From Camelus ferus (Eukaryota): a stretch of 64,000 nucleotides of DNA. The notes beneath the pieces are model-generated. The model had not been told where the DNA came from and did no database searches. It worked only from the letters and a program-made list of their open reading frames with translations. The stretch's first letter is position 1; every line of letters begins with the position of its first letter. The translations under genes were made by a program, and so were the position numbers. This document shows positions 13,351 through 24,652 of the stretch, one piece after another. Where the stretch lies: positions 23,376,001-23,440,000 of the forward strand of contig NC_045696.1 of the NCBI RefSeq assembly GCF_009834535.1, written 5' to 3'.

Positions 13351-14906
13351 GTGAGTAATGGCTGTACGTCGGCTAGGAGCCAAAAGTTCTCTTATAGCAG
13401 AATGTATAAACCATTCTCCTACTGAAAGAAGGCCCCCAGTAGGATAATATATTATTACACATGATTCAAATTACAGGATCTGCAGCAGGGGAGCTCATGA
13501 CTGATTCAGGACAGTCGCTCCCTGAATACTGATGATGGGATGATGGAATGCCTCATGAATTAAAAGGGCCGTGGTTTAGCGTCTAAATCCTTCATATGCT
13601 TAAAAAAGTGTCTATGCTTATCATTGTACTCTTTAAGCTTCTTAAACGAATCATGCACTGTTATGAAATCCTTGTCAATGTTTTTAAAATTCCATGTCTT
13701 TGAATAATTATATTCAAAATATTCTTTTTAAAAAAAGACAATGAAACTACCTTCTCTGCTAGAAAACTGTATCCCTTTCATGCCAATATGCAATAAAGAT
13801 ATGGCTTAAGAGAAATCGCATTTAAGTGTGACCCAGTTTCCGCTCTTTGGGATTCTCTAAAGCAACCTGAAAATCTTCACATGCCACATGTTCCAGCCTT
13901 TTAAATTTATCTATAAAACAAATGAGTTTATCTCTGACAAACTAAATACAAATGTACAAGACAAAATTATGTTTCCAAAGGTATTCTGCTGATTAAATGA
14001 ACTCATTCCTGAATATTATTTCACTTGGTCTATCTTGGTTATATAACAAAGCAATAAATTTGCTAAAGGTATTACATTGGGAATAGAGATCAGGCATTTT
14101 TATAGAAACGCTAAGGCAGATGTTAAATATTACGCATTTTGAAAAACAAACCGCTGCGATAAATTCTGAAATAATATGTAAGCTGGCCCCTTAACTTCTT
14201 TTCAAACTGGTTCTTGCATTCAGTTTTTCTAGTAAACGGATGCAAATCAGGTTCATTGTGCTGAGATGGGAAGAGAGAGATTTGTCCAGAAATGACCTCA
14301 GTTCTATTCATTAATAAAATGACATGTTGGCTGAGAGCAGAGAAGAATGAAATATAACAAGAGTGAACTTTCCTCTGTGTAACAGATGCACATACGTGTT
14401 TTTTTAAGATAAAACAGTGTACATAAAAATGGCCACTGCAGCATAAAATCTGGAAACACTAAAGGAAGTTCTAAGATGCAGATTGCTTGGAAAAATCGCA
14501 GCTTCCATGGCAAAGCACCCCCTTATTCTCCACTACCTTGCACAATCCTGAATCCCAACTTGCCAAAAGCATGCTTTCCTAAGAGGGGAGCGGGGTCAGG
14601 TAAAGTAAACGAAGATTTAATTTTTTTTCTAAGATTTCTTTTAGGAAAGAGAAGATAATTTTGCAAGGTCAAAACAAAATAGAATTGAACCCAGAATAAT
14701 TTTAGTGACAGCAGACACCAGTAAGGGGGAGGGAGGGAGGCAGAAGCTATCAGAAAGAATATAGCCACAATTTTGCATAGCGGTTTAAATTATGCCAGCA
14801 GAATAATTAATGGAAGGACCTAATATGGGGAGGAGGGGGTAAGAGGAAAGGGGGGAGGCTATGTTAAACAAAGTTCATTACTGCATGATGTAAATGAGTT
14901 TCTCAC

Positions 14907-15190
14907 CAGTGATGTCACTGATTGGCTGAGCTGCAGAGCTGGCTTCGAGCATGGCCGGATTGGCTGCTAGCTCTTCTGGTGCCTGCCTGCTTGGGCAGCG
15001 GTTGAACCAGATACTTTCTGTCTCTCTTGTTGTCGTTTGAAGCAAATCTTGTTCAGCCCAGCTGTGTCTCCATAGTAGTGGCACCCTAAGAGAGTCTCCC
15101 TCCTGCTTCCCACAGCCCGTCTGTGAGGCGGTCGCTGCTGTGAAATGCCAGCACTTGGCACCAAGCCCAGACAGCGTTTCTCAGATCCAT
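14907..15190 (-). other. Non-coding (5'UTR-type) exon, 284 nt
   Basis: Long pyrimidine tract on minus ('ctttttttcttttatttttctttttgtatgtgtgttatag', AG at 15192-15191), donor CTG|GTGAGA at 14907/14906, raised GC and retained CpGs, repeat-free. No frame is open across the whole exon. Confidence 0.7.
14911..14967 (-). promoter_or_regulatory. Two NF-Y (CCAAT) boxes plus a CRE-like TGACATCA inside the exon
   Basis: Minus strand CAGCCAATCCG (ATTGG at 14959-14963) and CAGCCAATCAG (ATTGG at 14921-14925), 38 bp apart, followed directly by TGACATCA. Confidence 0.5.
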
Positions 15191-15697
15191 CTATAACACA
15201 CACATACAAAAAGAAAAATAAAAGAAAAAAAGCAGTTCTTTCATCTGAATTGCATCCTAAGGAGGATTAAGAAGGCTTCTATTGCCACTGATTTGTGTCC
15301 TTTCAATTTGATGGCTAAAATAGTTTTTGAAATACAGTATCCTCTCATCTGCAGTAGAACACCATTGGCTCAAATTAGTTTAAAAAAAAAAAAAGGATAG
15401 GGGGAACCCCCCTCTCCCATGTTTACCTTGATTACAGAAAAATAATTCTTCATTTCCCTCCTAAGCACCGTAACTGATGTTTTTAGTCTCCTCCCAGAAT
15501 TTTAAACTCTCACCAGATTTCTAATTATCTCCGAGTCATTATTTTCAGGTTAAGACAAGGGATCTTAATTAGCATTCTTTTTTAGCTATGCGAAATGAGA
15601 CAGGGCATGAAACAGAAACGATCTATGGAGAGGCAGAGAGAGAGAAAGAAAAAAAATCTGTGCAGCTTTTACAGTTGAGCTGACACCCCCTCCTTAC

Positions 15698-15767
15698 CCG
15701 TTCTCCCTCCACCCCCCTTGCAAAAAAGAATGCAGTCATATGAACTTTACCAGACAATGGAGTACCT
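15698..15767 (-). other. Candidate first exon (~70 nt)
   Basis: Starts ~30 nt downstream of TATAAAGG and ends at donor CGG|GTAAGG (15698/15697). It pairs with the acceptor at 15191 to give a 507-nt GT-AG intron. TSS position is inferred. Confidence 0.5.
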
Positions 15768-15890
15768 ACAGGCTCTCCCCTAGACAAGTCCTTTATAACC
15801 AGCCAGCGCTATGTGCTGCAGACAGTGGCCAATCGGCAGGCTCCTTTCTGCAGCAGGGACACAATAGGTGCATTGGCCACACTGTCCTCC
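15754..15890 (-). promoter_or_regulatory. Pol II core promoter: TATA box, two CCAAT boxes, two SOX motifs
   Basis: TATAAAGG on minus at 15797-15790; CCAAT at 15829-15833 (+) and 15876-15872 (-); ACAATAGG at 15861-15868 and ACAATGG at 15754-15760. Spacing to the candidate first exon is canonical. Confidence 0.6.
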
Positions 15891-17740
15891 TAGCCCCTGA
15901 CAGCAGTTCAGGTTCATTTATTGTACACTGGAAGGCACATATGTCTTTAATATTCACTGTGAAATTATAAGTGAGGCTGTCTTTATTTCACCGTAATTAC
16001 ATCAACCTAATTACCGCGCAAGAGCTGCAATAGCACTGTTTGCACAGGGTGGCGCTTGGGCATGCATGCTGTAAAAATATGCATGAACATGCTTGGCTAT
16101 TTCAATAATAAAATCCCCCAATTATTTCTTCCCGAGAGCTTAATGCTTACTCCAGAATACTCTAGCGGATATAGTCATCACTTCCCCCCTTCAAATGAAA
16201 AAAAGCATATATCTATATTCATGTGTATGTATGTGTACATGTATACATGCATAATTTAAACACTGTTTTAGCCATTTATTGGGGTGAGGTATGGAAGTGG
16301 AACCTAGTCAGCAAATAAAAGGTTACTGAGGATCTAAGGCGTTTCCCCCTTATCACTAGACATTAGAGTGAAGCAGTAAGTGACTGCACGCATCACCACA
16401 GCCGTGCATAGATGCCGATTTATTAGGAGTCCAATTGTCCTGGGCATCTCCATGTCTCATTTATGTATTTCCATGTTAATAATTACAGCATTTTTTTTGC
16501 AACACTGACTCAAAATGCTTGAAAAATTAAATCTTTGCTTTTCGTGTATTAGTCAGAGTTGGGTACAGTCTGCAGTGGGAACCGCCCGCTAATTTTTTTT
16601 ATGCGTGTTGCGTTTACATATTCATGAACAGAATACTGTTATGACTGCTGATTCTGCAGCAGGAGATGAAAAGGCAGGATCCAGCATACAGAGTCTATTA
16701 ATTTCTAGGGGGAGAGTGGCAGCATATGATGACCAGAAAGAGAAGATGCTTGGGGTTTCATTTGGGGGTTACCTCATTGTATAATAAAGGATCTGGGTAG
16801 ACAACCTATCAAAAAATGTGTAAGTATAATGAAGCTAGAAAGTAAAACAGATTTGCATTTTTTATGGCCGTTCAGCCACACTGTAAAGAAATAAGTATTC
16901 TGAAATGGAGATTTCTGTCTCCAGTGTTTTCAAATAAATAAAATTGCATTTTGTTTTCTGGCTAATTAGAAAACCATTAAAATGGGGTGTGCTCAGAAGC
17001 TCTGTATTTTCTCATTATTTTATAATTTACACATTTCTTGTTCAAATCAAAATGCTAAGCTTTAAGCATTGATTATTTCCTAAGACAGTGTTTGACCAAT
17101 ATTTAACTATATTTATTGGTATATTTTGATTTTTAACACACAATTCTCCAATCAGGAATGGAATTCATCATTACAGCGGGCACATGAGGAGAAACAAAAT
17201 TCATCTATATCCACATAGACACATGTATATAACACATAATTCATCCACATTACAGAGAAATAATCTGAATGTTATTTTTATCAATGTATACCTTATTGTC
17301 CTCTTTTTAATTAACGTTTGCAAGATTTGTATTATAAAATGTATTCAAGTTGATTTTGCATTTTATATGCATGTTTTTTAAAGAAAGCACAGCTCTTCTA
17401 TCTACATTTTGTCAAAATCAAGTTTTGGTAGGAGGGATTATTGAGGCAAATTCCTAACTAGACCAAGTAAGAGACCCTAAGGCTCAATTATAAAACCATA
17501 AATAATAAATGAAAATATATCTATAATTCTGAGTTGCTACACACATTGAAAGTAAAACACCTGAAATCAAAGATGTCAATTAGTTACTTGATATATAATG
17601 TAAGATGCTTCTTCTCTAAGTGATTACTTGCCTCGCTTTGTTGATAAGTTTTCTTTCAAAGGCCGGTCTTTCTAAATCTTCAAGTAAACCATGAAAACTT
17701 TACTGGTAATCAAATTAAGATATGTAGACCTCATTTTCTT

Positions 17741-17820
17741 CTCTCTCTCTCCCCCTCCTCCCTCCCTACCTCCCTCTTTCTCTCTCTCTCTCACACACAC
17801 ATACACACACACAAACACAT
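17741..17820 (+). repeat. Compound (CT)n/(CA)n microsatellite
   Basis: Directly visible. Confidence 0.85.
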
Positions 17821-20032
17821 ATAGAAATACATATTACACCATGACTGTTCTTTTATTATAAGAATCTGCAATTCTTCTACCTAGTTATCACAATTTTTGA
17901 CCCGTCATTGCACAAAAAGCTTATGAAAATCAAAAAGATAATACTTAATTGCTAGTTATCCATTTTACCAAGTAAAAATCAAAACAGGAAAAACTCATAA
18001 TATGAGATACATTTAGATTCCACTAACACATAGAATACACTTGAAAATTCACTGTTATACAGAGGATTTTGATGAATGTATTAATTTTATTAACAAGATT
18101 AGTGGATGATCCATATCTCTGACCTCCTTAAATGGGGATTTGCAAACAATGAACGTTAAAAAATTAAAGAGACCTTCCTTAAGTATTATAATTCATTAAA
18201 CCAGGCAAGGCTTCGTACTCCCTATTATATAACATTCTGTCACAGTTCGGGTTACTAGATATATTTGAAAACAACATTGCACCTTTTATAATATTTTAGT
18301 ATTAGGCTTTACTATTCTTCTCACATGTCAAATACAAATTGCAACTGTGAGATTCTAGCATACTACCCAAACCAAAGTAATTCTGCAATAAAATCTTATT
18401 TGGAATCACTGAACTAAAGAACTTAGACTTAAGTTGTATCTTAGAGATTGAATCCATTAATTTTAAACATGACACCTAAAGAAAATTAGTAACTATTTAT
18501 TGTATTTCCACCCATCACACTGCCATCCTATATTAAAAATATGGTTCTGACCTGCTGTCAGAATATTCTTAATTAGTTGAGTTTTACTAGAGATAAGGAA
18601 TTTATGGTCTCCTCCCATAAGATCAAAGACATTCGTTCATAAGATAATGTATGGAGAATATATTGCCATCTGTGTTCCCACAATGGAATTAAGCAAACCC
18701 CTTAATAAAGATCAAAAGCATAACCTTAGACTTAGTAATCAACCATGATCTCACCAAAAGAGACAACTCAGCACAAATTGGCTGTAAGAATGTGAAATAG
18801 CAGCCAACCATATGAACCTTATAAATAATACAGGGCATTCAATACGTAGAGCCAACTTAGAGATGCAAAAATAATAAATTAAAAAGTAACTTGTCAGTCT
18901 TCTGATGTGACTCATTCTTTTAAAAAAATTAAGCCATTTAGATAAGTGTGGAAAATATTCATAGTATAATCAACATCAAGAAACCACTGTTTATGTCACT
19001 CTACACAATAACAAGCATCCAGGTGACAAAACAAGAGGAGGTTAATCATCAGAATAGCTCTAAATATTTGGCTTCTTCTGTGCACAAACTCAGTGCTTAA
19101 ATTGTCAGTGTCCATATTTTGGATTCAAAATGAGTATTCTTGAACTTTTTAGTAATGATCATTTTTATAGGATATGAGAAACACAGACTTTTTAGAGGTG
19201 CCACTTTCGGGTCACCCAGTTAAAAATCTATTACCAAATAATACTTTTTAGGGCATAGTTATGATAAATCTCATTTATAACAACCTCAAAAGGGTTAGCA
19301 GTTCATCTGCTATGAAAAAAAACAAAAAACAAAAAACAACACTTAACACCTCAGTTTTTAAAACTCGTTTCTCTTGTGAAGTTTCCAGTTGTTTCAGTTA
19401 GGATTGTTTATTAAAGGTGCACTTCATGGAAAAAAACATAATGAATTATGACATCTAAATACCCAGGAGAAAAGAAAAACTTCAAGCAGATGAATCATGT
19501 AAAGAGAAATATTCTATTAGAAAAAAACAACCACAGGTTCCAGAACTGTTACCATGATGCTCTATAATCACTATTCTTTGTTCTTCTATTTACAAGGAAC
19601 AGCAGAAGACTTGGAAAGAAAAATGAAAACCTTTCATCTGAGAAGTTGCCACCAAGCATCTAGAATTATCTCACAGTCTGGATAATTACTTCCATTTAAG
19701 TAAATGTTGTTTTTAACTTCCAGGATGAGTAAGAAAGTAATGTTCTACTCAAGTCATGAGATAAATCCAAAATTATACTAAGCAGTAGTTTCTAAATCTG
19801 TCATTTACTTCAAAAGTTATCAAATTATAGTCTACATGTAGTGAAGTAAAAAATTTATTTGCACTATAGCACAGATGTGCAAAAGAAACATGGCTTCTTC
19901 TTTTTAAAAGTGATCTAATTTTCATCAAATGCCCATCCGTTGGGTTGTTTGGGCGTGGAGGAGGAAAATTATTTTCCAATTAATTTGTCTTATCTTTCAT
20001 GGTTTCAGTAGTCTCTTTTGAGCTATTCCCCC

Positions 20033-20545
20033 TGTGGTAGACAGAAAAATGACCCTCCAAAAATGTCCACATCCTAATCCCAGAATCTGTAAATATGTTA
20101 CATACATTACATGGCAAAGGGAATGAAAGATGCTGATAGAATTAAGGTTGCTAATCAACTGATCTTAAAATAGGGAGATTATCCTAGATTATTTTCATGG
20201 GCCCAAATCAATTACAAGGGTCCTTAAAAGTGGAAGAAGGAAGCATAAGAGAGTTAGAGAGAGATGTGAGTATAGAAGAACGGTCAGAGATGCAACACTG
20301 CCAACTTTTAAAGTGGAAGGAGGGGCAAGAAGGCAGCCAGCCTCTAAATGCAGGAAAAGGAAAGGAAATGAGTTCTCCCTTAGAATCTCCAGAAACAAAC
20401 AACGGCTCTGCCAAAGTTGTGATTTTAGCCTGGTGATACCCATTTTAGGCTTCCAACCTCAAGGACTGTAAGATAATATATTTTTGTTATTTTAAGCCAC
20501 TAAATATATAGTAATTTGTTGCAGTAGCAATAGGAAGCCAATAAA
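20033..20545 (+). mobile_element. MLT1D-like MaLR solo LTR, full length
   Basis: Starts 'tgtggtagacagaaaaatgaccctccaaaaatgtccacatcctaatccc', contains 'gattatcctagattat' and ends 'gtaatttgttgcagtagcaataggaagccaata'. Confidence 0.85.
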
Positions 20546-21498
20546 TGCCATCTTTTGAATGAATTAAGGTTTTAAATTTAATTCTCCTTTCCTTTAAAAT
20601 GATGGGAAGGGGATGAACTAACAGAGCTCGTGGTTTTGAGAAATGGAGAACTGTGTCCTTGATGGTACCCTCTTTGTATACATGACTTGCCTGGTCTTTA
20701 GACTCCTGTGCAGGTTTACTGAGGTAGGGAGGTGGATCCTACTGGACCTGTTGCAGCATGGTCTTGGTTCCCCAAATTGAAATTCATTCATGTCATGACA
20801 TTTCCCAGGTCACAATATCCTCATGCTAGGTAGCCCCTTAATTGCAGCTTCAGGCTTTGTTGGAAAATCAACCCTTTTAACAAATTCATTGCATTTATCC
20901 ACCAGGGAATGTGAGAATGTCTGAATATTCTATATACTGTGTGATTGCAATGAATTGGTAGATTATCTCCTGTTCTTCCTATTTTGAAACCTCACTAAGG
21001 GACTGCTAACCTCCTCCGTGTTGTTCTGGCATGATTCTGGACATGAACCTGAGCATTCAAAGACAGTTACAGATTTTTGTTTTTTGGTTTTTTTTCAGTT
21101 CGTGCCTGGTCAATTTCTGTGGTTAAGGGAAGTAATTATCTCCTCCCCTCCCTCCTGCTCCCTGCAACGGCATCACCAAATTTATCTTGTGGTATATTGA
21201 ATAAAAAAAAAACTCCCTTGCGACTTCAGCCCAGAGGAAAAAGAGCCAGGGCACATGAATGTCCTATCACTGCCTTTTCCTTCTGCTTGTTTTCTTCCCA
21301 TACTTAGATCAGGAAGGTTAGTATTTTTTGTTCCCATATAATAGATATTTCCTTTTATTTAATATCCTCTTTCTTCATGAGGAAATTCTTCTTTCACTAA
21401 GGCCAAACAGCAGAATGTCTATAGAGAAACATGGCGAATATGACTTGCAGGGGTGAAAAATGTGTTCATTTATTATTTTCAAAATATTATACCCATCA

Positions 21499-23015
21499 AC
21501 TTCTGGTTAAAATGGCAGATTTGATCTCAAGATCTTACACTACAGAAAATGTATTCTTTTTTATGGCAATAGCATAAAGAACAAAGAAGGAAAACAAAAC
21601 AAAATTTTGAAAAGTGGAACAAAATTTTGAAAGATGAATAACTGATGACTGACCTACAAGACCTAAGAAAATGAGATCCTCAACCAGAAACATTAAAGCC
21701 AAAAACCCTTCCAAGAAAGTTTAAAGAATCAGAAGCACCAGATGTTTGGGGAAATAGAGATAGAAAGGAGTAGAATTTTTTAAATGTTTATGTTATGTTT
21801 ATAAAGAAGTTAAATCCCTGCAAATCCTCCCCTATTCCATACGTGTGGGCAAATTTACCTTTCTCACTACAGCATAAGACTGAAGGCTAATAATCTAAAG
21901 AAAGTGAAACAAAATGGACATACTTGAGGATGGTTTCCCACACTCTAAAAAGGAGCCTTAAATCAATGTATATATTCTGGATACTGAGATTCTTCCCACA
22001 CTATTTTCTTCCCTAACTAGGTTGGCTCTCATAATGCTAGATTTTACATCTTCTTGTCTGAGCAGTCTGACTTAGCAAGAAAAATAACGTAAAATGAACA
22101 TACAATGTGGAAGTGACAAGTAGGTATGTAACAAAAATTATCTTTTGCTTACATAGCATAGTTTTGTCCTTGGGAAGGGGCTGTCTGGCCAGAGTCATCT
22201 TTCCCATCACCCTATAGATGTATATGCCAAGTGATGGTGATGAAAGATGAGTGGAACCTAAGTGCATCTCTTCTAGGCCTGGCAGGTCTATCAAACCTTT
22301 TCCATAGCTTTCCTCCATATTCCTTTCTCTTTGACCTCTTTAAAATATAGATGCCCTTCAAGATGACCTTGAATAATGTATTAAAGATGGCAAAGCCTCT
22401 GTTGTCTAGGCCACTAAAAGACTGTGTGTAGAAGGGATGCTTTCCTATATAATTTTTTGTTCAATACTCTTACATAAGCAAGAAATAATTTTATGTGTAT
22501 TTTAGTCATTAAACACTTTGACTTTACTAGGTACAGCAGATATCATACCTAAGTAATACATACAACAATTGCACCAGTTATTTACATATAGTGAAAATCG
22601 CAATAACTAAGTTCCTTTATGTGCTCAGAGCTTCTGTCAGCTTTATAGTCACTACTTCTTAATCTCAAGCAGAAAAACAAATATATAGGACACTGACAAT
22701 ATAGTATGGAAGACATAAAATAAAACAAGTAATAAGAAAAGAGGCAAAATGGTGGAAACAAGACTATATCAGAAGAATAAGTTTTGAAAGGATCGTCATT
22801 AATGTTGTCAGAGAAAACATTAAAAACTATTAATCCATGAGACAATAACAAGATGCTACAAAAAGAAGATCTAGATAACCAAAAAAGCTACTCAAAATTA
22901 AATTAAAAGTTCATGACAAAAAAAATAAAAAGCTGAAAAAAATTGGAAGTTAAACTTGAGAAAACTATTCCATTAAGTAGAGAAAAAGACAAATGTACAA
23001 TAAAAGAGAGGTAGA
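21499..23015 (+). mobile_element. Degenerate L1M/HAL1 5' region and ORF1 remnant, interrupted by an LTR fragment (~22190-22560)
   Basis: Starts 'acttctggttaaaatggcag' like old L1 5' ends; A-rich ORF1-like sequence at 22700-23015; the inner segment ends with MLT-type 'taataca' at 22560. Confidence 0.4.
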
Positions 23016-23689
23016 ACATTCATCTATAAAATAGAAAAAGAAATATTTTAAAATGTTACTGTGATGATTAAATGAAATAAATATTCAAATATCTTCCTTG
23101 GTGTCCAGCCCAGAATATGCACTTGATGTATGTCATTTTCCTCAGTCTCTTCAGTAATCCATAGAGCTTTAAGAATAATTTTTTTCTATTTATATAAATC
23201 AAAATGTTAAAGATAAATATAGCAGGGTGGTGGAGAAGTGTGGAAAAAGCTGAGAAATTTTTAAAATCCTTTTTTAGGATTTAAAGAAGAGGTGAACCGG
23301 TCCCTTCCATAAATTCCTCTAAGGCAGATGTAGGTTAGGAAAATGATGCAGTCTGGTTCTTGCGTTGAAAGCCTCCTGCCAATGTTAGAGACGTCAGAGA
23401 GGACATATGATTCCCATCTGCATCAACAAAGTAGACTTTGGACAAAGACAATCTTACAACATCTGGATTTTGAGAACAATGCTAATTACTCAAGGACTTA
23501 CTAGTTTTTGTTTAACAGCTTATCTTTATAAGAGGTTGCTGATGTAACAGCCATTCAAGTGTCTAAAAGAAAAGCCTATGTTTACTACGTAAGTAAATTT
23601 TCCTTTTTAAGGTCTTCAGACTCTGATCTAGAGTAGATAAAGCCTATAGAACTATATAGTAAAGCAGACACATTATAACTTTTTTTTAG

Positions 23690-23702
23690 GAAAGGCATAT
23701 AT

Positions 23703-23761
<59 letters not shown>

Positions 23762-23820
23762 ACTGAATCACTATGCTGTACACCAGAAACTAATACAACA
23801 TTGTAAACCAATGATACATT
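23690..23820 (+). mobile_element. Cetartiodactyl L1 3' end fragment with expanded (GT)n (23702-23758)
   Basis: 'gtgtataactgaatcactatgctgtacaccagaaactaatacaacattgtaaacc' is the typical artiodactyl L1 3' terminus. Confidence 0.75.
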
Positions 23821-24652
23821 TGTAGTTTTGCTTCACCTACTGGGACTTGTGGCTGAACGTTTGGTTCCCACCCTTTGCATACAGAAAAGGAGCCATGGTT
23901 GTAGGCAACACCGTCACTCCTGACAACTGCTATTCAGACTACCCTGTCTGAAGTGATGAGGAATGGTGCCCCTGTACTTTATTCTTTGTTGGGAGAGGGG
24001 GACCTCTTACCTTTCCTCCTCACTGGGATTAGCCAAGAGCATGTGTTCACATTCATTAAGCCTGTCTCCATCTAAAAGACTTTTTTCCAAAGGAAAAAGC
24101 ACCTGATTTACTCTCCTTAACCAGAATATTGGTTTTTCAACAACCGAATTAACTTTTCTTTCATCTACTCTCTCCAGGAGGTACAGCCACATTAAGTAAG
24201 GCTTTCAAAAAGCAATCCCTCAAAAAATAATCTTGGACCTATCTGAGATGCCTTCATGAGTCACAACAGAAATTTTGCTCCCTTAGGACCCAATGAGAAA
24301 AGTCCCTTTTTATCTTTCCCTAAATGGTGGTTAAAAGATGGGTTTTCAGTGTTCCTCAGTGTCTTCTAAGCAAGGTTATGTCAACAAATCCCAGTGTTAG
24401 TACAGTCCAAAGAAAAGTGCTACATCTTCAAGTGTATTTAGATGCTATCATCAGAATGTAAAAAATGATGTGACCAAAAATGTTTCTCTTTGCCTTTTAT
24501 GTCAGAAAGAGTGAAGCAAAATGTCTTTTGCATGTTTTGCAGTCTGTACTTGCTCTGCTTCCCTCAGTGGTATCTTTGTACCTTTAAAGTCTCTTCTTGT
24601 TCGGTGCTTTAACCTCTAATCTTTCAAGTATCTTCTTAAATACATGGGGTGA

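Larger units (their letters stand above)
14907..15770 (-). other. SOX6: Tentative host: alternative 5' end of a very large minus-strand gene, possibly SOX6
   Basis: The exon 3' end '...GCTCAGCCAATCAGTGACATCACTG' resembles my recollection of the SOX6 5'UTR just upstream of its ATG exon. The absence of coding exons in 64 kb and SOX motifs in the promoter fit this. Recollection only; needs BLAT. Confidence 0.35.

Noticed and set aside
12861..13358. Longest ORF in the track (165 aa, +)
   Set aside because: Starts at TTG, has no recognisable domain, and is Cys/Leu/Pro-rich as expected for non-coding DNA. Only the embedded splice signals are kept as a finding.
14725..14860. G-quadruplex clusters
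   Set aside because: Each cluster has only three runs of at least 3 G, short of the canonical four.
14878..15209. 68-aa and 80-aa minus ORFs as protein-coding genes
   Set aside because: Both use non-ATG starts and cross the inferred splice sites. The exon is better explained as a uORF-containing UTR.
15821..15886. Pre-miRNA hairpin
   Set aside because: Only ~13 bp of stem with a poorly paired 38-nt spacer. The arms are explained by CCAAT boxes upstream of a TATA box.
16041..16056. Second CTCF site (gcacagggtggcgct)
   Set aside because: The 5' half deviates from the CCASYAG core; too weak to call.
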